64,000 nt of DNA from positions 15,438,001 through 15,502,000 of the forward strand of contig JBHGNT010000008.1 in the NCBI GenBank assembly GCA_043228905.1, read 5' to 3'. The notes beneath the pieces were generated by a model. The model did no database searches, was not told the DNA's origin, and saw only the letters and a program-made list of their open reading frames with translations. This stretch comes from Azolla caroliniana (Eukaryota; Plantae; Polypodiophyta). The position numbers were made by a program, and so were the translations under genes. Below are positions 37,541 to 49,500 of the stretch, one piece after another (the first letter of the stretch is position 1; each line of letters begins with the position of its first letter).

Positions 37541-40500
37541 GTCCGGCCAAAATAGGAGCCATTTGGTTGGACAACCCTAGATATGTACAACCTAGTGTGG
37601 GTTCCATTTCTTCCAAGCATGTTAGTAGAGTCTTCTCAGCCCTAGTACAAGTTAGGACACCTAGTTGTCAACTTCAAGTCCAAGCCCTCTTAGATACTGG
37701 AGCCAATTCTTGTTTCATGGATAGAGATTTTGCCCAAAAACACCAAATATCCTTGCATACACTTCCTTGTCCAGTTTCCGTAGTAGTGATTGATGGACGC
37801 CCCATAGCTTCCGGGAAGATATTTGAAGAGTCTGAGCCAATACACATACTCTTGGGTGATTTAGGATGTGTAGTTTCCTTTAACATAATCCGTAGTCCTG
37901 AGCATCCAATTGTCCTCGGTTTGCCATGGTTCGAGCTACATAACCCTAGAATCGATTGGAGGAAGCGAGAAATTAGGTGCCCTTTAGCAGAAAATATCAT
38001 TCTCAAGGATCGAACTCGGGATTATCCTCCCAAAGTATATAGTTCTACCGATGCACCATATCCTTCTCATCAAATTTCAGCCATCACATTGCATCAATTG
38101 CACCAAATGGGAGGCAAGGAGGACCTTTTCTTATTTGCAGTATCAGTGACACCTTCTAGTGTCACTCAAGGGAATTCAGACATCCAAATTCCCAAAAAAT
38201 ATCAAGACTATGCTGATGTTTTCGACAAAGGCAAAGCTAGTGTTCTTCCAAAGCATCGGCCGTACGACTGTCCTATTGATCTCCAACCAGGAAAAGAGCC
38301 TCCGTGGGGTCCGATTTACAATTTATCACCCACTGAGCTTGAGGTTCTTCGAGAATACATCGAGGAAAATCTTGCACATGGGTTTATTCGACATTCAAAG
38401 TCTCCAGCTGGTGCTCCTATCTTTTTTGTGAAGAAAAAGGACGGCTCCCTTCGTTTGGTCGTGGACTATCGAGGCTTAAATAAAGTCACCATAAGGAATG
38501 GGTATGCTTTACCTTTAATCTCCAATCTCTTAGAACGCATTGGTGGGGCAAAGCATTTTACCAAAATTGATCTAAGGGGTGCATATAATCTTGTTCGAAT
38601 TCGGCCGGGAGATGAGTGGAAAACAGCGTTTCGTACTCGGTATGGTCATTTCAAGTATACAGTCATGCCTTTCGGGCTCACAAATGCACCTGCCGTATTC
38701 CAACATATGGCAAATGACATCTTCCGGGATTTCTTGGATATTTTTCTAATCATCTACCTAGATGATCTATTGATTTACTCTAAAACATAGGGGGAGCACG
38801 ATATACATGTGCGGCAAGTACTTGAACGCATAAGGAAGTATGGTCTTTACGCCAAACTTGAGAAATGTAGTTTTGATTGCAAACAAGTTGAATTTTTGGG
38901 ATACACTATTTCATCCCAGGGTGTTTTCATGGACCCGGCAAAAGTCCAAACAATATTGGAATGGAAACCCCCATGCTCAGTTCGGGATGTCCAGTGTTTC
39001 CTCGGATTTGCGAACTTCTATCGCAAATTCATACATAATTATTCAAGCATTGTGTTGCCCCTTACTCAACTCACCAAGAAAAATCAAGCATTTTTTTGGA
39101 GTATCGAAGCGGACAAGGCTTTTACGCAGCTGAAAGAGGCATTCACATCAGCACCCATCCTAGCACATATTGATCTTGAAAAGCCATTTACTATTGAGGC
39201 GGATGCATCAGACTTTGCATTGGGGAGTATCCTATCGCAACCAGGCAAGGACGGGCAGATACATCCAGTCGCGTTTCACTCGAGAAAGTTTACTGTTTCG
39301 GAGATAAACTATGAGGTGCATGACAAGGAGTTACTAGTTGTGGTCGACTCATTCGAGCAATGGCGTCATTTTCTAGAAGGATCACCTCATCAGATTATCA
39401 TTTATAGTGATCACAAAAATCTCACATATTTTCAAACAGCTCGAGTATTAAATAGACGACAAGCTCGGTGGGCCCAATTTCTAACGCGTTTCGATTTCAA
39501 GATCATTTTTCGCCCCGGAAAAAAACAAGGGAAAGCAGATGCTCTGTCTCGGCGTTCGTATCTAGCCCTTCGACTTGGAGATCCGGCCTTTGACAATCAA
39601 AAGCAAACTCTCCTCGGGCCATCAAAGCTACAGGTAACAACAATTTATGCCACACCACTTGATTCTACCCTTCTTGACACTATTCGGCAACAACTTCATT
39701 CGGATGATTTTGCTAAGGATGTCTTAGCCCACTGTGGTTCAAGTCGTCCATCTTGCTCCACATTGCCAGGGTCATCTCAACATTATCAGGACTTCAAGTG
39801 GCAAGATGGTTTACTCTTCTACAAGAATCTCCTTTACGTCCCCGACGGATCACCCCGACTTCAAGTGTTGGAACATTGTCATGATGCCCCCATGGCTGGA
39901 CATTTTGGTATTTCCAAGACCATTGAGCTGGTGAAACATTCATTTTGGTGGCCTCACTTGCAAAAATTTGTCGAAGATTATGTTCGCACTTGTGACACTT
40001 GCTGTCGCGCCAAAATACCCCGGCATCACCCTTATGGCTTACTACAACCATTACCCCCTCCCAACAAGCCATGGCAGTCTATTTCTATGGATTTCATTAC
40101 GGATCTGCCACCTTCCAAAGGCTTTGATACTATTTTAACAGTAGTGGATCGGTTCACCAAGATGGCACATTTTGTACCATGTGTAAAGACCATCAATAGT
40201 GAAGAAACTGCAGATCTCATTATGCGTGAAGTGTTTCGCCATCATGGTCTCCCGAATGATATTATTAGCGATCGAGGTCCTCAATTTATCTCACACTTTT
40301 GGAAGCACCTATGGGCAGGCCTCAAAATCTCTTGCAAACTCTCTCCGGCTTATCATCCACAAACTGACGGACAAACATAGCGCACAAATCAAATGCTCGA
40401 GCAATATCTTCGATGTTTCATTAGTTATCAACAAGATGATTGGAGTAAAATTTTACATCTTGCCGAGTTTGCATACAACAACACGGTCCACTCTTCTACC

Positions 40501-41196
40501 AAAGTTACACCTTTCTTTGCCTACACCGGCAACCACCCTCGATGGTGTATACTGGATCTTCCCGAGGTGTCACGAAACCCTAGTGCGGCGCATCACCTCC
40601 ACCGACTACAACAAATCCAGTTCGAGTTATCGTCACATCTTCAGAAAGCGCAAGCACACCATAAGACCAATGCCGATCGACATCGTCTTAAGTCTCCGTT
40701 TAAGGTTGGTGACCGTGTATGGTTGCTTCGTCGTCACATCAAGACTACCCGACCGTGTGCTAAGCTTGACTATCAACGCTTAGGTCCTTTTGTCATCATG
40801 GCGCAGATTAATGATGCAACATTTCGTCTTAACCTTCCTGCACATATGCGGCTTCACCCTGTCTTTCATAGCTCTCTTTTGGAACCTTGCCACACCTCTT
40901 TAATTCCTAATCGTGTCGTGCCACCACCTCCTTCTATACAACTTGTGGATGGCCCCGAATACGAGTTAGCTGCTATTCTCGATTCTAAGATTGTGCGCAA
41001 TAAGCTTTATTATCTAGTTGATTGGTTTGGTTATCCTCCGAGTGATCGCACTTGGGAACCCATCGATAACGTTTGTAATGCTGAAGCTCTGGTCAACGAC
41101 TTCCATCGTCACTATCCAAACAAGCCCGGCCCAACAATGTTAACGCCGACTTCCACTCGGCGTTCTCGAAGGAGGGATAGTGTCATGAACACATGA
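37504..41196 (+). pseudogene. Chromovirus Pol (PR-RT-RNase H-integrase-chromodomain) in the -1 frame, with two in-frame TAG stops (38788, 40378)
   Basis: LLDTGA, YLDD, DASDFALG, HHCC motif, SMDFI/SDRG and chromodomain YLVDW.GY..RTWEP. The frame is kept across both stops. Confidence 0.92.
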
Positions 41197-41645
41197 CCAT
41201 TATGGCGTTACCCGGACTTGAACCTCGAACCTTGTAATTCATACTTGAAAACCTCAACCATTTAGATAGCTTATTGTTATATGAAACAATAAAAGCTATT
41301 TCTTGTATTACATTGATTATTGTAAAAACTCTAGATTATTCTAGAATGTTCTAGAATGTGCTAGAGCATTCTAGGTCTAGAACATTCTAGAACATTCTAG
41401 AAATCTCTAAGCTATTCTATAGGAACCTATAAATAAGCACATACATGTATTCTCAAATCAATTCGAATCAACACCAGTCTTTAGCTCTCATTACATATCT
41501 TGTATCCATTCTCTTTCTTTCTCTATCTTATACATCCATTCTTCTCTATCCTTCTTCCATCACTCTCTATCTTTTATCCTTGGTTCTGACAGCTAAATCT
41601 CGAACCCATTTATTTTATCCTTTTTTTTTTCTTATTGACACTACA

Positions 41646-41960
41646 ATGTCTAAACGAAAGGAACACAAGGATACACAAGACGAGGTTATAAGTAAGGAGG
41701 ACTTTTTGGATATGTTTAACTGTTTAACAAAAATAGAGATGGATATGAAAAAATGGGTGAAAGACGCTGAAACCCACAAGAAAAAAGATAGAGAGGAAAA
41801 AGACACCCTCAAGGCCGAAATAGAAAAACTTAAAGAGGAAAACACAAACCTCAAACAACAACTTAATGACATCAAGGTATCCCGAGAGGACAGTGAAATA
41901 TCCTCCATAGAGGATATAAAAGATGAGATCAAAAAAGTTAAAGAGGAGGTTAAAAATAAC
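41646..41960 (+). pseudogene. Truncated coiled-coil ORF (possible LINE ORF1 N-terminus); GCCGTC-rich 35385-35890 may be its leader, split off by the chromovirus
   Basis: MSKRKEHK...LKAEIEKLKEENTNLKQQL has a heptad pattern and ends abruptly in AT-rich DNA. Family assignment is uncertain. Confidence 0.35.
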
Positions 41961-42410
41961 ATTTTATGTCCAATTCAGACTTTTTTAATGACATTTGCTA
42001 TATTTTGTAACATTTAGTGCCCTTATTGAAACAGGTTTTATGACCTATAATAGCTTAAAATAATAGAAAATAACACATGAATTACCTTTATGATACCAAA
42101 TTCAAACCTATCGTATTAAAATTCTTAACAATATGGGATATGGAATCAATATAGACCATACCTAACCTCCAATATGATACATATCCTTGTAAATTTATTA
42201 AGATATATAATATTCGAAGTTGAATAGCCCTTACTAAATTTAAATTCACAATAAAGGTCTATCATGTTCACAGAAACTATGATTGATATTTAGAGTTTAG
42301 CACAAATCGCTTGCTAGTTTTTGTCTTGGTTTGCTTATGTATATTTTAATAGGTAACCTTAATCTAGGGAACCAACTAACTTATATTTTCGCACATCCTT
42401 TCTTAAATAG

Positions 42411-45400
42411 GTCGTTTGAGAACTTGTTAGACCGACCTGTGAAGAAAATCAAGCTCCGAATTCAGGCCTCTCCAATTGAGACCCAGAAACAAATAGTTCC
42501 TCAGAACATGAAGAGAGGAAAAAAACTTCTCTTCAATGAGGAGAGAAAATCTCAACCATCAGACGGAATTAACCAAAAGGAAATGTTAACTGCCACTCGT
42601 GGTGAGGACCTTCCTGATCGTGATCTAACAGACAAGGAATCGTGTATGCAGTACGTCCACTCCAAGAAAAAAGTCGTGTTTTTATATAGCAAAGAAGAAG
42701 GGCGATGGTTAGCTTGAAAATGACACCACATTTATATATGGCCGTATTTTACGATTTGACTACGAAGATTAAATTAGATTCAGCCAACATTCTTGTAATG
42801 ATAGAGTGCTCAAAGTAAAGTGTACCTTTCTAAAGATCGAGTAGTAAAGGAATCTTGTGGGCCAAAATCTTTTTAAAAAGATCTACAAAGCTCACAAAAT
42901 CTTATTGTCACCTTGAGGCCTTATATACAAGGCCATGTAACTCTAAGGGAGCCCTTTCCCTCCCCGGTAAAGGCCCCAAAAAGGGTATCTAAAGTGCAAT
43001 CAAGACCAGCAAAAAAAAAGACCACTAAAATGTCAGACTCCGACTCATCAAGCTCAACCGAAGATGAGGACACTAGAGGGATGCTAGGTGCTGAGCTGGC
43101 ATCTAGTGTGTTGTCATCTGGGCATAATAAGATACGGAGAGAGTTAATGCATTGCAAACTGGTGAAAAAAGGGCAAGTGTTTAATTTGCCCATAACACAC
43201 ATCCATCGGCCCCCAATAGATGTGAAAACAGGACAAAGACCACTTGAGATCAAAATGCATATTCAGAATCTCAAGAAAAAAATAAAAATAAATCTGCATG
43301 CTACAGTTGTGCCTTTCATTGTGATGGTAGATCCCGAAGAATGTTCCACAACTGAGGACTTCGATGTGAGAAAGCATGATCAATACAATTACTTTGTAAT
43401 TGGTCGATCACATTCGGCTGAAGCACGCCGACAACTTGTTAGAGAGCACCCAACGACTTTCTTCTTCAAGTATGCCGAGTGCAAAATATATGTGGGCCTC
43501 ACAACTGAAGAGGCAAAGCTTTTGGCATGGTACCACAACAACGACAACGACTATAGGCAGAAAATGTTATCTATTGAACGGATAAGGTTCTTCCACCATG
43601 GATACTTGGACGTCAAACAAAAGTTTGGTGTGAAGCTACACCTCGGCCTACGACGTCAATGCCTTCATGAGGTCGGCATTGTGGTGGATGATAATGTTAA
43701 GTCGGATGGTCTTCAGAAATATGAGTTTTGGTTTCAACTTGCCTTTAGAGATGGAGAAGTATGGAACCTACAAGATCAAATCTTCTCAATGTGGGAGAAT
43801 AAGGAGGTCAAGGGTCAACGACAAAAGAAATGTAAGGTAGACCCTTAGCAAGAATTAAAGTCACAAGCGGCCAAGAAAATAGATTTGACAATTGAAGAAG
43901 CGGTTGACGACATGAAGTTGTCTTTGTGGAGAGCGATGCAAGGTATTAAGGACGAGCAACTTCTTGTTTCTATTTGGTCAAGGGTTGTGGCGAAACAATT
44001 AAGCTTTGATGAAATGGTCACTGAGTTTAATAAGTAAGTCTTTCAAATAGTGATATTGAATTCAATATGCTGCAATTGAAAGTTCTAATCTCGTTTTCTA
44101 ATTTCACAGTCATAAGGTGTACATGAAGATCCAAGAAGTTATGATGAAACAACTTGGATGTATAACTTCGGAACAAGTGACCAAGGATTATCCTCTAACA
44201 TCTTCATATAAGGCGTTATCCGAGTATTTTATTGCATTCAAGGATTTGGTTAGTATTGGTATTTTCCATAAAGTTTTCCTCATATGTAGAGGTTGTGTAA
44301 TAATACCTGATGTCTTATTGCTTCTATTAGAAACCGTGTCGTGGCAAGAAACAAGGAGAATTTAAGGAAATACACGATTTCCCAACATCCCTCCTTGCAC
44401 ATCTCGAGAGAGCCAGAAAAGAAAAGGATCGTCGCTTACTCAAGACATACGAAATTGAGGAAGATGGCTCCTTCAAATAATTTAGGCACAAAAAGGACAT
44501 TACTAGAGATCTTTACTACAACGTGATTTGCGGCGATGTCGTTGACATGATCCAAAAAGTGTCAAAGAAGGAATATACGTTAATGATTGTTGATATTCCA
44601 TACAAATTTCGAATGGTAGGGTCATCATACAACGATGAACCTTTTAGGTTCAAACAATTAGAGAAGATGGTCAAGGATTTTGCTAATCTAACGAGTGATT
44701 TGCGGCGATGTTGTTGACATGATCCAAAAAGTGCCAAAGAAGGAATATACGCTAATGATTGCTGATATTCCATACAAATTTCGAATGGCATGGTCATCAT
44801 ACAACGATGAACCTTTTAGGTTCAAACAATTAGAGAAGATGGTCAAGGATTTTGCTAAGCTAACAAGTGCATTCTTGTGGAGGATAGTTGTCTTTCATAG
44901 TATGGACCAAGGGTACTCGATAGCTCAAGCTTTGAGATCTCGTTGCCATGGCATCGAGAACCTTGCATGGTAAGGATTATTTATAAGTCTCATTCACTAT
45001 ATTGCCTTTCTTAATATTGTTCAGTCTATTCTTAACTCGATGCAATATTTGTTATAGGATAAAAACCAATGTCAATAGAGGGCCAACCTTTCGGTTCGTA
45101 AATGCCATTGAATACATTACGGTTGGCTACTTCGATGAAATAAAGAAACAAAGAATCAAGGAGCATTCTAATGAAATCGGAGGTTCAAATCTGCTGGTAT
45201 ATCCAGCAGTGACACGGAAATTGCGACATGTCACCACGACACAACAGGGACTTGTCAACCCATACCAAAAACCTCAATGACTTATGATGTGGTTGATCAA
45301 GATGTTTTCTGTAGAATATTATACCTCTTTTCTGGCACACTTATTCCTCGAACTAGGTTAACGATCTTGAGATAACCAGTACTGATTCTTTTTTGTTTGA

Positions 45401-45784
45401 AAACTAATTCTTCTTGTTGCTTTCTTCATAGGGACAACGTCTGCATGTGCATTGAAGCTCTTCAGAAACACAATTGCATTGGAGAAGGACGAGGAGCAAG
45501 TTATATTTATAAACATGAGGATTAAGGATTTGTGGGAGTGCCAAGACCAGGACGAGGAGGTTGGTGCAAAGAACCTCGCTGATACCGAAAAGTTTCAACT
45601 AGCTTCGCGAGAGCCTATTCCTCCGTTAGCCGGGGAAACGGGGGAGCTAATAGAGCTTGATGATGAGCTTATAGAAGATATTACATTGGCTCGGCTAACA
45701 TGGGAAGACAATGCACGTATAGCCAAAGAGACTTCTATAAGAGATGAAGAAGAAAATGACATTGACGATTTGATTGCTATGTAA
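42411..45784 (+). pseudogene. Spliced gene encoding a ParB/Srx-like domain plus a beta-class N6-adenine/N4-cytosine DNA methyltransferase; decayed
   Basis: ParB-like VPFIVMV..YFVIG[R]SHSAEARRQL. MTase motifs VICGD, LMIADIPY, NPYQKP..LM.WLI..FS, ILYLFSGT/GTT.ACAL.L.R..IALEKD. Introns 44034-44109, 44249-44330, 44970-45057 and an acceptor at 45431. Contains stops, frameshifts and a 172-bp duplication. Confidence 0.8.
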
Positions 45785-46262
45785 TAGACTCTTTTGTTGA
45801 TGAAATGTATTGCTTGGAATTCACATTACTAATACAAACTTTGGGTTCTACTTGGTGTATTCCATTCTTTATATTCTTCTATATGTTTCAATTTTATTTC
45901 TATATACTTGGTTTGTTGACTTATGACATTGGTTTCACTGCATGTATTGCTGACTACCAATATGAAGAAACATGAATTAGTTTACATTAAGGCTGATTTC
46001 GGTCAAACTTTACCTTAACATACATGCTCGTGGAATTGTTGCCATGACTGTCCATGTTGTTATTTGCGATCAATTGTCGAGATTGTCATTCCGTGTGTAA
46101 TATATACCAGTCCATATATTATGGATCTTTGTCTTCTATTGTTAAAACTATTATGTTTCTCTTCCATTGCTGCTTAGATTGTGTAGTGTGTTGATAATGG
46201 TTCCACTAGCGTTATTCGCATGTTTTTATACGCTTGTAGTTCCACTAGCATTATCGTTCAGA

Positions 46263-46542
46263 GTTTGATCCCGTGTGAATCACCTAAGGAATAGGTTAGA
46301 TCAATTTTAAATACAAGTATTGAAAGCCTTAATAGGTTTGTTGTTTCCATGACATTATCCTAAAGTTCATTGTCTTAGATTGTCCACAATTATATACATA
46401 TGGTTTGATCCCATGAGAACAAAGTAAGGAATAGATTAGATAAACTTTAATTACAAGTATTAAATACCTTAATAAGTTTGTTATTCCAATCACATTATCC
46501 TAAAGCTCACTATCCTACATTGTCCACAATTATATACATATG
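46263..46542. repeat. Diverged 140-bp tandem duplication
   Basis: GTTTGATCCC.TG.GAA...TTGTCCACAATTATATACATATG occurs twice. Confidence 0.85.
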
Positions 46543-46585
46543 AGTATGGGTCAAAGTATAAATTATAACTCTTTTTATTAGTATG

Positions 46586-49500
46586 AGTTGAGCAAGCAAG
46601 CTCAACCTGATCCGGATCGGTTGTATAAGCCTGAGCCAAATCGGCATTCGGGAGGATGAGCCGGATCGGTATCTGGATGGTATCCGGAAACAACCGGCAG
46701 GATCGGGGAGACGGATCGGAGAGCCGGATTTGAGCAGGGATCGGAAGCCTAGAAGTGCCTAGACTACTAGGTAATTAGTATCTCGTAGTTAATGTCAGTC
46801 GAACGTAGGAATATTGAAGTACTTGTCAGTACTTCTTTCAGTCCTTTATGGACTTGTATAAATAGTGTTGTTTAGCACGTTGTATGTACAAAGTGTTTTT
46901 ATTATTTTGAATCAACGTTTACATTCTGCTCTCTCTGTATCTCCCGCGTATAATCTCTGTGTAATAAGCTTCTCCATTAAACCTTCATCTTGTTCTTTGT
47001 TGTTATCCGGCTTAGCCGGTTCTGTCTAAACGCTTCCGCACATTAACATTAACATGGTATTAGAGCGTGAGGGTTCAAAACCTTTGTAGCCAACACTTGT
47101 TTTCGTAGACGAACCCTAGAACCCGGTAACAACAAATAGAGAGAAGATATGCACAGAGGAATGACAAGTTTACTTCCAACAGAGAAGCTCGACCAGAGCA
47201 AATACGCGTCCTGGTCATACAAGATGCACCAATACTTGCTAGGGCATGGATATTGGAGCTTCGTGGAAGGAACGAATGCAGTAGTGCCAGAGCCGGCACA
47301 CGAGGACTTCCTGATATGGGAGCAAGGAGTGAGCCGAGTATTGTACTCCCTCGCGTCTTGTGTGCACGACCAGATGCTCGGCTACATAAAGGATGCAAAA
47401 ACATTGAAGGAGGCCTGGGGAAATCTACGTAAGATTTTCGCCGCGAGTACCACAACCCAGAAGTTGCAGCTCTGGCAAGAGCTGAACAACATCCGGCAAA
47501 GAGACATGTCGGTTACGGATTACACCACCTTCGTGATGAGACCGGTAAAGGGCCAACCTTCGTGATGAGACACAAGGCAAACCCGATGAAGAAGATCACT
47601 TCCAAATCGGAGGAAATATGGTACGTTGATTCCGGTGCGTTGAACCACATGACAAGCCACGAAGAGTAGTTCTCCATTCTAGAGAAACTGGATCAACCGA
47701 GAGTTGTCGAAATCGGAGACGACACTCCTCACCCGATTGTGCATGTTGGAGAAGTCCCTTTGAGCCATGTCGAATAGAGGGGGAAGCTGATGAACGTATT
47801 ACACGTTCCGACAATCACAAAGAACTTGGTGTCAGTCGGACAAATCGTCGACCAAGGGATGCATGTGCGGTTTACGCACCTCGGGTGCTTCATAGAGGAA
47901 GAAGGCCGACTAATTGCGCAAGGGCGCAGAGAAGGGAGGATGTTCATCCTCAACACCACTAACGTCTGCACCGCCATGTTTGCCAAAGGACAAAAGAATG
48001 AATCGGACATCGACCTCTGCCATAAGTGGATCGGCCACATCAACTACCGGAGGCTTCAAGACTTGCAATTGAAACAAGTTGTTTTTGGGTTGCCGAAATT
48101 TAGTGGCCGAAAGGCCGAAATTTGTGAAGCCTGCCAACTCGGGAAGCAACACCAGCTTCCATTCCCCACCGATTGAAATCGGAGTCGTAACAAGCTCGAT
48201 CTAATACATTCGGATGTATAGGGCCCGTCACAGAACGTTAGTCTTGGCGGGAGTCGATACTTCGTCTCCTTCATCGGCGACTACAGTCGGCACACGTGGA
48301 TCTACCTCATCGAATGGAAGAGCGAAGTCTTCAAATGTTTCCGAAACTTGCAAAGCTTAGTTGAACGGGAAACAGAGAGGAAGGACAAGTGCTTGCGGTC
48401 GGATGGCAGAAAAGAATACTTTTCCAAACAATTCAATAGTTATCTGCAGCAGAACAGAATTCAGAGAGAATTCAGCTGCAGATACACACCGGAGAAAAAC
48501 GGTGTGGCCGAAAGGAAGAACCGGTCGATTGTCGACGCGGCAAGGGCAATGTTGGAGGAGAAGAGAATGCCCTAATTCTACTGGGCTGAGCCGGTCCAGA
48601 TGGCCTTCTAAATCCAAAACCGGATCGATGACAAGGTGTCAGGACACGAGCTGTATTTCTGCCACAAGTCGAATTTGAGACACCTTCGGATATTCGGCAA
48701 CATAACATATGTGCATGTACTGGATGAGAAGTGGAGGAAGGTGGATCCGAAGTCAGAGAAGTGCATCCTAGTCGGCTACTTGCATGAGCAAAAGGGGTAT
48801 AAGTGCTATAACCCCCGGACTAAGCAGGTCTGAGTAAGTCGAGATGTCGTGTTTGATGAGACGACATCATGGTACTGCCTACTGACTCCAACTCCCGACA
48901 AAGACCCGATTCCCAAAGATGAAGCCTGTGAGCCTGAACTGGTCCAAATAGAAGATAATGAGTTTGAGACTCTAGAAGAGAGTCCGGAATCATTTCGGTT
49001 GAGCGAACCGAATGAGTGACAGGGTCAAAGTGACCAGTCGGATGAAGAACCAGTGGGTAGTGGAGACTGTGCTGTGCTCTCCCCGCGCAAGAAACTGAGG
49101 AGATGGTTCACGCACAAAGAGAAAGGGAAGAAGAAGATGTCGGAATACGATACTGGCAGCGTTGAGTCGGATCGGAGCGAATCTGACTCCAGAAAGGATG
49201 AAGGCGGATCTTCGGGAACGAAGTCTGAACCGGCCAAGAAGGGCCCCAAACCGGGTGATGACAAGTTACGCCAGTCTTCCCGCCAGAAGAACCCCGTTAC
49301 GCGGTATAGGTACAATGAGTACATGGCGCATCACTATGCGTACATGACCAAAGTGGCAGAAGTGTGTGAGCCGGAGAGCTACGCAGAAGCGGAAAAGGAC
49401 GCAAATTGGCGTGCTGCTATGGAGGAAGAAATGTGGGCACTCAATGCCAATGACACATGGGACCTCATTGACCCTCCCCGACACTGTAAACCGATTGGTT

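Larger units (their letters stand above)
35896..41591 (+). mobile_element. Full-length Tcn1/sushi-like chromovirus (Ty3/Gypsy); LTRs 35896-36306 and 41181-41591
   Basis: 411-bp LTRs (TGTCA...TGACA) with 4 transitions seen. TSD GCTAG/GCTAA, PPT GAAGGAGGGATAG, and gag-PR-RT-RH-INT-chromodomain order. Confidence 0.95.

Noticed and set aside
41445-41645. N-terminal extension of ORF 41445-42017
   Set aside because: It lies mostly in the 3' LTR and its ATG precedes the predicted transcript start.
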